From contig OZ241855.1 of NCBI GenBank assembly GCA_965202785.1, forward strand, positions 1,472,001 through 1,536,000: a DNA stretch of 64,000 bases, written 5' to 3'. The DNA comes from Thermodesulfobacteriota bacterium (GTDB lineage: Bacteria; Desulfobacterota_D; UBA1144; Nemesobacterales; Nemesobacteraceae). The notes under the pieces are model-generated. The model was not told where the DNA came from and ran no database searches. It saw only the letters and a list, made by a program, of their open reading frames with translations. Positions 52,347-62,700 of the stretch are shown here, in pieces (positions within the stretch are counted from its first letter, which is position 1; every line of letters starts with the position of its first letter). A program made the translations under genes and the position numbers.

Positions 52347-54025
52347 TTGTCCTCCGGGGGCTGGATGAATTTTGTTGCCTTGGATATGTCCATGTCCCTG
52401 AAAAGATATCTCTTTACTTTTCTTGTGGTTGTTTTCGGTAATTCTTCTCTGGCGACTGCAAAATGACTGATTCTCTTGTGGGGCTCAAGCCGACGGTTAA
52501 GTTTGCTTATCTCGCCTTTAAGGATGTCCCAGATTCTCTGATCGTCTCCGTGTCGTGGGGATTGTCCCAGCTTTTTGGAAATTCCCTCCGCCTCTGGAAA
52601 TATCACGGCCTGTATCCTTTCATCATCCGGGCTGAATACAATCGCTTCTTCGACCGTTTCAAGCGGGGTGAGCTTCTCCTCGATTTCCTCAGGAGAAATG
52701 TTCTTTCCTCCCTTAGTTACGATAACCGATTTTTTTCTTCCCGTTATGTAGAGATAGCCTTCGTGATCAAAATAACCAAGGTCACCGGTTCTGAGCCAGC
52801 CGTCATCCGAGAGGATCTCTCTTGTCGCACCTGGATTCTTGTAATAGCCTTTCATTACGCTTGGACCCTTCACGCATATTTCACCGACTCCTTCGGAGTC
52901 TAAATCTCTTATCTCTACCTCGGTGTTTTCAAGCACCATGCCGCCGCTTGCGTTCTTCGGTCTCGAAAAAGGATTCGCGGCTATAACTGCAGCCGTTTCA
53001 CTCATTCCGTATCCCTGCAAGAGGGGAAATTCGTATTTTTCAAGCCCTTGAGAAGCTGGTTCCGAGAGGGCGGCACCGCCGCTTACTATGATTCTGAGGC
53101 GGTCAAGACCCAGACGTTTTCTCGCCATTTTCCCGAAAAATTTAGATGGCAGGGCTCTTGTGAGGAAATTTTTTGCCTTGCTCTGTTCAATTCTCTGAAG
53201 CAGTCTCTCGAGTATCAAGGGGGTGTTAAGCCACACGGTTGGTCTTGCGACCTTAAGGTCAGAGAGCATCTCCCTCGGTTTTATGCTTCTTGCGAAAAAC
53301 ACCCTTTGCCCGCAGTAAAAGGACAGCAGTATTCCACCTATTCTTTCATATACGTGGTGGATAGGCAGTATGGAAAAAGCTGTATCTTCGTGCGTTATGG
53401 GAAAAGCGCCGTAAAGCGTTTCCAGGTTTGACATTATGCTCGCGTGGGAGAGCATTACGCCTTTGGGATTGCCCGTGGTTCCCGAAGTAAAAACTATATC
53501 GGCTGTGTCTTCGGGTTCTGATTTTTCCGCGGGCACGGTTTTTTCGGTATGTGTCCGAACCTCAAGAGCATCGTCTATTGGTATTATGTGCTCGACCGTC
53601 CCTGTGTTACTCAAAACCTCAGTAAACCCTGTCGAGGCGATGAGAAATTTAGAATCTGAGAGTGCAAGCACCTGTTTTATGTGCTCTGTTCTTGCCCTTG
53701 CGTCGAGCGGAACGGCTATGGCGCCTGCCCAGATTACCGCAAAGTAGGAAATCGCCCATTGGGGGCTGTTCTCACCCACTATTGCAACATGCTCCCCTCT
53801 GTTAAGACCAAGAGAGATGAGGTGGGCTGAAAACCCGGTGAAAAGAGCGAAAACTTCGCTGAAAGTGAGGGAACTTACGGACAGATCATTTTTTCTTATG
53901 GAATACGCAGTCTTATCCGCGTACAGAGAGGATTTTCTCTCAAGCATCCCCTGTATTGTGGCTATTTGGTGCTTGCTTCTTGTGGTGGGGAGTCTTTTTT
54001 CCGTGCGGGTGAATCTTTTCATCAA
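52343..54025 (-). CDS. Long-chain acyl-CoA synthetase (AMP-binding)
   Basis: [37 protein letters not shown]. Confidence 0.9.
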   Translation of the reverse strand: MMKRFTRTEKRLPTTRSKHQIATIQGMLERKSSLYADKTAYSIRKNDLSVSSLTFSEVFALFTGFSAHLISLGLNRGEHVAIVGENSPQWAISYFAVIWAGAIAVPLDARARTEHIKQVLALSDSKFLIASTGFTEVLSNTGTVEHIIPIDDALEVRTHTEKTVPAEKSEPEDTADIVFTSGTTGNPKGVMLSHASIMSNLETLYGAFPITHEDTAFSILPIHHVYERIGGILLSFYCGQRVFFARSIKPREMLSDLKVARPTVWLNTPLILERLLQRIEQSKAKNFLTRALPSKFFGKMARKRLGLDRLRIIVSGGAALSEPASQGLEKYEFPLLQGYGMSETAAVIAANPFSRPKNASGGMVLENTEVEIRDLDSEGVGEICVKGPSVMKGYYKNPGATREILSDDGWLRTGDLGYFDHEGYLYITGRKKSVIVTKGGKNISPEEIEEKLTPLETVEEAIVFSPDDERIQAVIFPEAEGISKKLGQSPRHGDDQRIWDILKGEISKLNRRLEPHKRISHFAVAREELPKTTTRKVKRYLFRDMDISKATKFIQPPEDK

Positions 54026-54037
54026 AGCAGTGTCTTT

Positions 54038-54766
54038 CTAGATTATTTCCCTTAGATCTTCCAGATCTTTTATGATGAATTTCGGTTTCGCCTGGGTGAA
54101 CTGTCCTGTTCTTTTTACCCACACGGAGTCAATCCCGCAGTCTGAAGATCCCATTATGTCAGCTTCAGGATTATCTCCTATGAAAATAACGTCTGATGGA
54201 CTCTCGCCGAGACTGGCGAGAGTGAATTCGAATATTTTCCTGTGAGGTTTTCTCCAGCCTACTTCCTCTGAGATCACTATATGTTCAAAGAAATCCGCAA
54301 TTCCGAATTTTCCAAGCAGTTCTCGTGCCGTGGGAGCGTGATCAAAGTTTGAGACGACCGAAAGCCTGTATCCTTTTTCCTTAAGGTACAGAAGAACTTC
54401 CGTGTGATGCTCCGGATATACCATGGCTCCAGAGAGGCTTTCCATGTGTGAGCGTACGAACTTCTCGAGCAGGCTGTCGTCTTCCTTTAGACCTGTTTTC
54501 TCCATGAACATCTCGAACCTTTTTCTGTTCGGATACTCTCTTAAATCCTTTTTCCTGAGTTCCAGAAGTTCTCTGTGGCTTTCAACAAAAGGTTCGTAGA
54601 AATCCGTAAATTCCATTTCACCGAGACTGCTTCGCATTCGTGTGAAAACGTGCTGCGCGGTGGAGTTCCAGGTTTCTCCATTAAGAGTTATCTTCGGCAG
54701 AAGGGACGGCTCGAACATGACAAGCGTATCAAAAAGATCAAAAAGCACCGCCGAATATTTTTTCAT
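54038..54766 (-). CDS. HAD-family hydrolase (YjjG/nucleotidase-like)
   Basis: FDLFDTL, VVSNFD, SEEVGWRKP, IGDNPEADI. Confidence 0.85.
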   Translation of the reverse strand: MKKYSAVLFDLFDTLVMFEPSLLPKITLNGETWNSTAQHVFTRMRSSLGEMEFTDFYEPFVESHRELLELRKKDLREYPNRKRFEMFMEKTGLKEDDSLLEKFVRSHMESLSGAMVYPEHHTEVLLYLKEKGYRLSVVSNFDHAPTARELLGKFGIADFFEHIVISEEVGWRKPHRKIFEFTLASLGESPSDVIFIGDNPEADIMGSSDCGIDSVWVKRTGQFTQAKPKFIIKDLEDLREII

Positions 54767-54888
54767 CGAAAATTGTTCTTTTAAGATCTTCTATATGATT
54801 CCCATTCTATTTGACTGAAAAGATAACTGTGGTTGGGCATGGTCTTCTTTGCAGTCCTGAAAAGATCAAAAAAAGGCTAAAGTCTAAC

Positions 54889-56016
54889 TCACACTTGTAT
54901 CCAGGCCGATGTGGATGATGGTAAATGGTTCCTTCTTCTGCTAGGAATTACTAAGTCAACTTCTCCCCAATCAGAAGGTTTGTTTCCGAAATGCACAGTT
55001 TGTGTGCGTTTTTCGGGATGGTCGTACCTCATAAATAGCTTTCTGTTTGGCCAAATTTTTCGAATTGCTTCCAAAGTGGAATCCTTTGTAAACTTTCTAG
55101 CATCAGTCCGTATCCAAATAACGCTATAAGGTTTGAGCAGTTTGCTTGCCGCAGAAAAAACATTATTTAACATCTGCTTATACAACTCTTGCTTTCTTGT
55201 TGTTTCGTCCCTTCTCCAGTCGGGCAGGGGAGGTCCTTCTCCAAGCATCCATAATCGGATCCAGTTGTCTTGACGATAGTCTGTAATTGCGAAATAAGGT
55301 GGTGAAGTGAAGAGGAGGCTAAATTCTTTTCTTGAGCAGGTTTGGAGAATCTCCGCTGCGTCACCTTGCGCTATTTCTGCTGGCTGCATTTTATTTATGG
55401 GGCCATGTGTATAACGCCATGTTATTCTCTTGCGAAAGTATTCATATGGGTCTATTTCCGGTGGGTGCATATCTCTTTTTCTCCACCACCTGACAGCGTA
55501 ATCTGGACCCATTGCACGCGACTTCTGCATCTGATTGCTAATACCATCATGGAGTCTGCCGTGAAGATTAACGAGAATAAATCCCATCAATGTTCTGTCT
55601 GTTATATCATCCCGCCAATTAAGCTCACGTCTAGCGGCATTCAGGAATTCCAACACTTTTTCAGACCAAGCCCATTTTTGAAATTCAATTTTTGTCTTTC
55701 TGTCACTAGGACACACCAAACTTTTTAAATTTTCCAAACGTTTCAGCAATTTTTCCGGATTTGGTTCAGGAGATGTTTTCACTTTCGCAAAGACCCAAGC
55801 AACTGGATTTATATCAATACCCAAAGAAAAACGATTTGAAACCTGAGCTACAAAGGGTACAGTCCCACGTCCGCAAAATGGGTCCAAGATGCTACCACCT
55901 TGAGGAGTCATAGTTTCCACAACCTGTTTGGCAAAAACGACGGGAAACATTGCATAATATGGTCCGAACCCAGCCCAACGTCCAAAGGAATTACTGTATT
56001 TACCTTCTTGAGCCAT
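54889..56016 (-). CDS. Amino-DNA methyltransferase, alpha-class order, probably N4-cytosine
   Basis: Motif X PYYAMFP, motif I LDPFCGRGT, GIDINP, motif IV FTSPPY after the variable region. Confidence 0.88.
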   Translation of the reverse strand: MAQEGKYSNSFGRWAGFGPYYAMFPVVFAKQVVETMTPQGGSILDPFCGRGTVPFVAQVSNRFSLGIDINPVAWVFAKVKTSPEPNPEKLLKRLENLKSLVCPSDRKTKIEFQKWAWSEKVLEFLNAARRELNWRDDITDRTLMGFILVNLHGRLHDGISNQMQKSRAMGPDYAVRWWRKRDMHPPEIDPYEYFRKRITWRYTHGPINKMQPAEIAQGDAAEILQTCSRKEFSLLFTSPPYFAITDYRQDNWIRLWMLGEGPPLPDWRRDETTRKQELYKQMLNNVFSAASKLLKPYSVIWIRTDARKFTKDSTLEAIRKIWPNRKLFMRYDHPEKRTQTVHFGNKPSDWGEVDLVIPSRRRNHLPSSTSAWIQV

Positions 56017-57335
56017 TAGTCCTCCAACAGACTTTTGATGATATCTGTTCCTCGTTTTAACGGAATAGCTGCGTGAGCGTGAGCACGTACCAAGGGCATG
56101 AAGCCACCCTCATATATGTGAGTCGCCAGTTGGTCCATGACATCTAGAATGTCCCCCAATCTGGGGTAACATTCTGGGGAGTTGTCTTTGAGATCTTCCC
56201 CAGTCTCGTTCAGCATAGCTGTATGAATGACAACATGCTGTTTTTTGTTGGTTTTATACAGAATAATTCGACCAAAATGGGTGTCATTACCGAAAGGTTT
56301 TCCCTTTTTGTCGACTGGGATGATGTTCTTGCTTATGTATTCATCATTAGGTGCTATCACTGTCTGCTCAGGAAAGCGTGAATTTGGCCCTATTCCGTCC
56401 TGCCAGTCTAGTTGTCTCCAGTGTTCCATGAACCGTCCGGTTTTTTCTATCCCGAATACAACTATATCTGTTCCGTTAGCAGCACGTGCTTCCTCGTTTA
56501 GTCTTTTCAACTCTTTACGAATTGGACGCAATATGGAAGCTGGTGTGCCAAAAATGGCTAGTGGGCCATCTAGCACAAAAGCGCATGTATCAAGATAAGC
56601 AGGGCTTTTTTTAACAAAAAAACGCAAGATATTTAGCAATATTAGTATTTCCAGTACGGAACGCAACCTGCCCAACGCCTCGCCTCCGGTACGGACCCCG
56701 TCAAAGTATTCATGCAACCGCAGTATGTCAGTTTCAAACATCTTTTCACCTTGATCACAACTGCAACTGTATTCTCCTATCTTGTACTCATATTTCTTTT
56801 CACAATCTACAGCGGGGCAATCAATTCGTGTGTTTAGGTCTTTGCAAATGGCGTGTAGGGTTTCAAGCAATGTCTCATGATTTTCTGCAATAGTGTTTGA
56901 TAACGTGTCATATGTCTTTTGTCTGAAGAAATTTATCGGAGTGTCCTCATCAATGTCTTTACGAACAACCCCTATGCCTGGCATTACGGCTTCCAAGGTT
57001 TGCACATTTTCCATATCACGAAAAAAAGACGGGTAAGGAATGGCGTTTGTGTCTAGGCCACTTAGCTGATTAAGCTTAATTGCTACTACCGATGTCATAA
57101 GTAGCCCCGCCTCCGCTCCTGGAAACCCATTGTTGACGCGATGCATTATATGAGATGCGTCAATAGCAATTACCCGTCTTGGATACCAGTTTCGACGAGG
57201 TGGTTTGAGTGTCGGAGGTTCTATCGGGGCGTCACTTTGTTTTACAAGGATGGTGCCTTCGAAGTCTTTTAACGCTTGGCTGTTTTGAAGCCATATAAGG
57301 CTATCACCGCTAGCAAATTCTCTTTCGTAGGGCAT
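56016..57335 (-). CDS. NurA-family nuclease
   Basis: VIAIDAS, FVLDGPL, FGIEKTG, C-terminal PLVRAHAHA; downstream of HerA. Confidence 0.82.
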   Translation of the reverse strand: MPYEREFASGDSLIWLQNSQALKDFEGTILVKQSDAPIEPPTLKPPRRNWYPRRVIAIDASHIMHRVNNGFPGAEAGLLMTSVVAIKLNQLSGLDTNAIPYPSFFRDMENVQTLEAVMPGIGVVRKDIDEDTPINFFRQKTYDTLSNTIAENHETLLETLHAICKDLNTRIDCPAVDCEKKYEYKIGEYSCSCDQGEKMFETDILRLHEYFDGVRTGGEALGRLRSVLEILILLNILRFFVKKSPAYLDTCAFVLDGPLAIFGTPASILRPIRKELKRLNEEARAANGTDIVVFGIEKTGRFMEHWRQLDWQDGIGPNSRFPEQTVIAPNDEYISKNIIPVDKKGKPFGNDTHFGRIILYKTNKKQHVVIHTAMLNETGEDLKDNSPECYPRLGDILDVMDQLATHIYEGGFMPLVRAHAHAAIPLKRGTDIIKSLLED

Positions 57336-57355
57336 TTATCCGACACTCCTTTGGG

Positions 57356-59500
57356 TTATTCTGGGTCTTCAGCATTGGGGGGTATTACTGTGAATTTGTT
57401 TATCTGAACCGGTACTATGTACGGGTTAGATAAACAACGCATTCGCAAGAAACCTGTGTCGGGAACCTTGAGTATCTGGTCAACGAACATCTCAAAATCG
57501 TAGTATTTGCTGAGTTCTCGCGTTTCGTCTTTATTATTGAGGTGTGCTACGAACCAGTTATCGGTGTTTTTCAGTATATTTGGCAAGATGGAACTTGGTT
57601 CCTGTGTGGAATAAACCAACCCGATGTGAAACTTGGAACCTTCTTTGGCTACCCGAGCCCATATCGAGTCCAGCTTCGGATCATGTGAAGGGATCAAGTT
57701 GTGAGCCTCCTCTACATACACGATAATATCAGGTGGTGGTTGGATATTTCCATCTTCATCGCGTACTAATTCCCCATCTTCGTCTCTCAATGGATTTGTA
57801 AAAACCTGTTTTTGACGATTGAAAAGCTCCCACATTATGCGTTCGGACGTATGTTCAATCTCTGTTGGCGAACCAATTGACTGGTCAACAATGACCAACT
57901 TACCATTAACGAGTTCATTGACAATTTCTGTTGAGTAATCGGATTCCACGCTGGGGCTATGCCTTTCATTCAGTTCTCGTACTCTTGAAACACCACCTGG
58001 ATGCTGCAAAAGGGAAAGTAATCCGTCCAATGTATCATCGTTCCATCGTTCACTTCCACCTTCCATATGTTGTCGATTAAATTCCTGAAAATTGGGGTGA
58101 TCTATAAATTCCCTCAGAGCCTTTATAGCCGAGAATAACTCATCCCAAGAAATTCTATGTTTTGCAAAACTATTAGCTGCTGAATTATAAATATCATTTT
58201 CGTGTTCGGTGGACTCCATTGCATCTCTTAATTCCTTACCAAAAAGACCTTTTATATTAGCTTGTTTTAGATTGTTTGGCGGAAAAAAGTTAGCTGCAGC
58301 AAGAATGCTTCTGTATACGGTGATATTGCGTCGATAACGAACTTGGGTGCCTGACTTCTCCCAGTCCTGCGACGGCGGTTCTATGTTGGTACTGATAAAA
58401 TTCCGAACGTATTGCGCATCAGATCTTTCTCGTAGATGTTCGTTAATTACTGCTTTTCCTGCGAAAAGCATGGAAAGCAAGGACCTAACATTCTCTTTGT
58501 CCTTCCAATCAAAGATGTTTTCACCAAAGAAGTTAAGTTTGATTAAACGTCGTCTTTCGTCGTTTGGATGCTCAAAAAGCCCGTAAGTCACCACATCGTC
58601 TTGACCGATGTTGCGCAAGCATCCTTCATCCTGTGGATTATCGTTAGCGTATTCTCCATTCACATCAAAAATCAATTGGCCAATACGTCCTTTTTCTGGG
58701 TAAAGTTCGCGCAATTTAAATATGGAGGAGGAAATAGTCTTGATAGTGTTTGATTTACCGCTTCTGCTCATACCGAAAAGTGCGGTGCGACGTGCAAGCA
58801 TATCTGTGGGCTCAATATATACCGGTACGGTTTTGCTATTTTCATCAACTGGGACCTCACTTGAGGAATAGCGGATTCGGCCAACGGGGACAGGTTTTCC
58901 CGCGAGGGAATGTTTCTTTCCCATAGGCTTGGTAAAATTGACAATCTTTGATAATGCTTCCCCCATAGGTTTATAAACCTTCATTCCCTGCCCGGAATAG
59001 AAATTAGAAATATCCGCACCGAAAGAGTTTTCCCATCGGCCATCCTTATGCAAATAGCGGAAGGTTCCTAACACGTTGCAGCGAACCCCGGCATGGCGCA
59101 ATTGATTTAGGGTGAATTGATCGGTTTTGTCATCGGCATCCCAGTGTTCAGGAGAATCAATGGAGCGACGGGCAGCATCAAACCGCCAATTATCCGTATC
59201 AATTTTATTGGGGAGTGGTGAATGTCCGACAACGCGAAGCAAGATAAGCACTGCGTCCTCATTATTCGCCTTAGGTTCAGTTTCTGGGATTGTTCTGGTT
59301 GCAAGCAAGAAACAACCCATCGGCAGACCCTTAACGTCTTGTCTAAGTGCATCATGTACAAGAATTATTGCCTCTGAATAGTCTAGAGATAATAGGTCTC
59401 CAACCTTCATAGTATCATCAACATAGGATGATAAACTATTTCCGGTTTTCTCCCCGCTGTCTTTTTCAAAATCCTCTATTTCTTCATTAAGCAAAGCCAT
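57356..59500 (-). CDS. HerA/FtsK-family ATPase (DUF87-like, putative N-terminal HAS barrel)
   Basis: Walker A LFGMSRSGKS, IFDVNGEY, Walker B YVEEAHN, AKEGSKF, STQEPS. Confidence 0.88.
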   Translation of the reverse strand: MALLNEEIEDFEKDSGEKTGNSLSSYVDDTMKVGDLLSLDYSEAIILVHDALRQDVKGLPMGCFLLATRTIPETEPKANNEDAVLILLRVVGHSPLPNKIDTDNWRFDAARRSIDSPEHWDADDKTDQFTLNQLRHAGVRCNVLGTFRYLHKDGRWENSFGADISNFYSGQGMKVYKPMGEALSKIVNFTKPMGKKHSLAGKPVPVGRIRYSSSEVPVDENSKTVPVYIEPTDMLARRTALFGMSRSGKSNTIKTISSSIFKLRELYPEKGRIGQLIFDVNGEYANDNPQDEGCLRNIGQDDVVTYGLFEHPNDERRRLIKLNFFGENIFDWKDKENVRSLLSMLFAGKAVINEHLRERSDAQYVRNFISTNIEPPSQDWEKSGTQVRYRRNITVYRSILAAANFFPPNNLKQANIKGLFGKELRDAMESTEHENDIYNSAANSFAKHRISWDELFSAIKALREFIDHPNFQEFNRQHMEGGSERWNDDTLDGLLSLLQHPGGVSRVRELNERHSPSVESDYSTEIVNELVNGKLVIVDQSIGSPTEIEHTSERIMWELFNRQKQVFTNPLRDEDGELVRDEDGNIQPPPDIIVYVEEAHNLIPSHDPKLDSIWARVAKEGSKFHIGLVYSTQEPSSILPNILKNTDNWFVAHLNNKDETRELSKYYDFEMFVDQILKVPDTGFLRMRCLSNPYIVPVQINKFTVIPPNAEDPE

Positions 59501-59778
59501 CTCTACATTATGTATGCTTTAAACGGGTTAAAATTAACTATAGAACATACCGGTTTTTCTACCATAGGTCATGTTTTTAAAGGCTAGAGGTGAAGAGTAA
59601 AGAGCCTAGTACTCTTGACATGAAGACGGATTCACTTTTGATTTTACTCATTCTTATGGATAATGTTGCATTTACAGTCTGAGTGCTTTATGTGAGTTAG
59701 TCTGAATAAGGCACTGAAGATGCAATAAATGACTCCCATATGTTTGAAATCATCAAGACTTTGATGTGATTTAATGCA

Positions 59779-62700
59779 ATGAAAGACAGAAGGAAAAACA
59801 ACTACGAACAGTTGAAGGCGAAACTAGAAGAAATATTCCAGATGAACCAAGCTGATCTGGATTTCGGCATCTATCGCATAATGAACACTAAACGCGAGGA
59901 AATTCTTCGTTACTTGGACAAGCAGCTTCAACCGCAGGTAAAGGAAATTCTTTCTTCTCTTGTGTCAGGCAATACAGTTGAAATTGAAGAGCGCATGAAA
60001 AAAATAGAGCGACAGGCAAGACGCTTTAAAGCTGACCCTGAAGACGATCCTGAATACCAGGATTTGGCGAAGCGCAAGGCTGGCAATCTGGAGATTGACG
60101 CGCTTGAAAAAGAAATATTTTCAGATCTCTTTAACTTTTTTTCTCGGTATTACGAAAATGGTGACTTTTTGTCGCTACGACGCTACAAGGCGGACGTGTA
60201 CGCGATTCCGTTTGAGGGTGAAGAAGTAAAACTTCATTGGGCGAACCACGATCAATATTACATAAAGACGTCGGAATATTTCACCAATTACTCTTTCAGA
60301 CTGCCGGAATCTGAAAGGCGCGTCCATTTTCGCTTGATCAAGGCAGGAACGGAGCAGAACAATAATAAAGAGAAAAGAGGCAAAGAGCGGCGCTTTATGT
60401 TGTCACATGAAAAGCCATTATTTTTTGATAACAAAGACCTAGTGATTGGTATTGAATATGTTGCTGACTCGGAGCGCAGAAATCAGGGAAAAATCAATCA
60501 ATCTATCATAGAGACCTTAAGAACCGACAGTCGACTGACCGACTTTGACGAATTATTCAGCATCGAAAATGTTAATGATAAAGAAGTTATGGTGCTTGAG
60601 CGACACCTGAAATTATATAGTGCGCGTAATACTTTTGATTATTTTATCCATAAGGATTTAGGAGGCTTTCTGCGAAGAGAGTTAGACTTTTTCTTGAAAA
60701 ATGAAGTGTTGGTATTAGACGATATAGTTGATCAAACGCCGAAAAATTTTGAAAAGCGATTGGCGAAGCTTAAGGCGCTTAAAGAGATAGGACATAAAAT
60801 CATCTTGTTTCTGGCACAGCTTGAGAATTTTCAAAAAAAACTTTGGCTTAAGAAGAAATTTGTTGTGGAGACTAACTGGTGTATCACGCTTGACCGTGTT
60901 CCGGAAGAATTCTACGCGGAAATTGCTGTCAATGAAGATCAGAGGGAAGAATGGGTACGTTTGTTTGCTATTGATGAGATGAAAGCGAGCAATGGTGATT
61001 TATCGGAAACTAGTGGCGACGCAGCAGGCTACGGCAAACCGCTAAGTGAAGATTTTTTAAAAGACAATCCCTATCTGTTACTGGATACAGCTTTATTTGA
61101 TGAAGACTTCAAGCAGCGGCTGATTGCCAGAATAGACAATCTTGACGAACAGACTGATGGATTGCTGATCCACTCAGAGAATTTTCAGGCGCTTAATTTA
61201 TTACAAGAGAAATATCGGGAAGAAGTGAAATGTATCTATATAGATCCTCCCTACAATACTGACGAAGATGAATTTGTCTATAAAGACAATTATCGTCATA
61301 GCAGTTGGTTGACAATGATGTATGACAGGATACTAAGCACTAGAGAACTAGTCGTCGATAATTCCTCTTTTGCAGTCAGTATTAACGAAGAAGAACTTTT
61401 TAACCTAAAGCTGTTGATGAATGAGGTTAAAGGGCAAGAACATTATGTAACAACTATTACAGTAAAGGTTCGACATGATGACCGCATTTTAAAGGGGGAC
61501 AAAGATATACATGAAACTACAGAACAGCTTGTAGTTTATAGGAATAGTTATGACTTCAATCCAGGCAAAAGAATTTTAGACGACACTTCACTTAGTGAAT
61601 ATGTTTGGACTATTGAAGTTAGCGGCAGCCCTTTCGAAACTAAATCGATGGGCAACAAACAAGTAGAAATTTACTCTCCTAATCAATTACAGATTGTAAA
61701 AGGGAGTTCAAGCGAGACTTCGCTAAAACGTATTAACATCCGAGGTAGTTTGAGGGCAGGAAATTCTAGTGGAAGATTTTACGTGACGAATATTGAACCA
61801 TTGTTTAATGAGTACAGAGGGTGTCTGTTCAAAGTTCCTAATATGGGAAATGATATCTATGATCATAGGTGGTTCTTTATCCCTGATCAAAACTCCAACC
61901 GTGTAAATGGAGACTATTTCCAAGGGGTTCCGATTGACAAAAAAGAGACAAAAGCTATTCCTTACCCTAATCACTGGGATGTAGAGATTAACTTTTGGGA
62001 TTATGAAAAAGAATTTAACAGAGCTGGTTATGAAGGTTCAATTAACTTCAGACAGGGCAAAAAACCAACCGCATTTATAGAGAAATATCTGGAAGTGGCA
62101 GGAGTGAAAGATGACTGTCAAAGCCTTGTTCTTGACTATTTTGCAGGGTCTGGCAGCACTGGTCATGCAGTGATTAACTTAAATCGCGAAGACGGGGGCA
62201 GGCGAAAATATATCCTTGTGGAGATGGGAGAGTATTTTGATACAGTCACAAAACCCAGAATTCAGAAAGTGATTTATTCAAAGGACTGGAAAAACAGAAA
62301 GCCCGCTAGCCATGGAGGTTTGAGCCACTGCTTCAAGACAATCCGATTGGAGTCTTATGAGGATACGTTAAACAACCTGATTCTAAGTGGCAACAAGTCA
62401 TCTGGCAATGATCTGCTGGAAGACGACAGTTACCGAGAGCAATACTTACTTTCCTACATGCTGGATATCGAAAGCAGGGGTTCCCTACTTAACCTTGATC
62501 TGTTCGACAAACCGTTTGGTTATCAACTCCTTATTAACCGTCGGAATGAGGTTCGCAAGACAACCGTTGATCTGGTGGAAACCTTCAATCATCTGATCGG
62601 CCTTAATGTTTCTAGTCAGGATCAAGTACGTTGTTTTTATACGGATTTTGTCCGTGACGAAGAAGATAAGCTAATTATCAAAGATCGTATGAGGCAGTCG

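Noticed and set aside
54767-54888. att site or integrase at the island's left boundary
   Set aside because: No tRNA fragment, direct repeat or recombinase visible
56016-59500. herA-nurA as housekeeping double-strand-break repair
   Set aside because: Disfavoured but not excluded: no mre11/rad50 neighbours, foreign composition, MTase coupling and adjacent R-M point to defence
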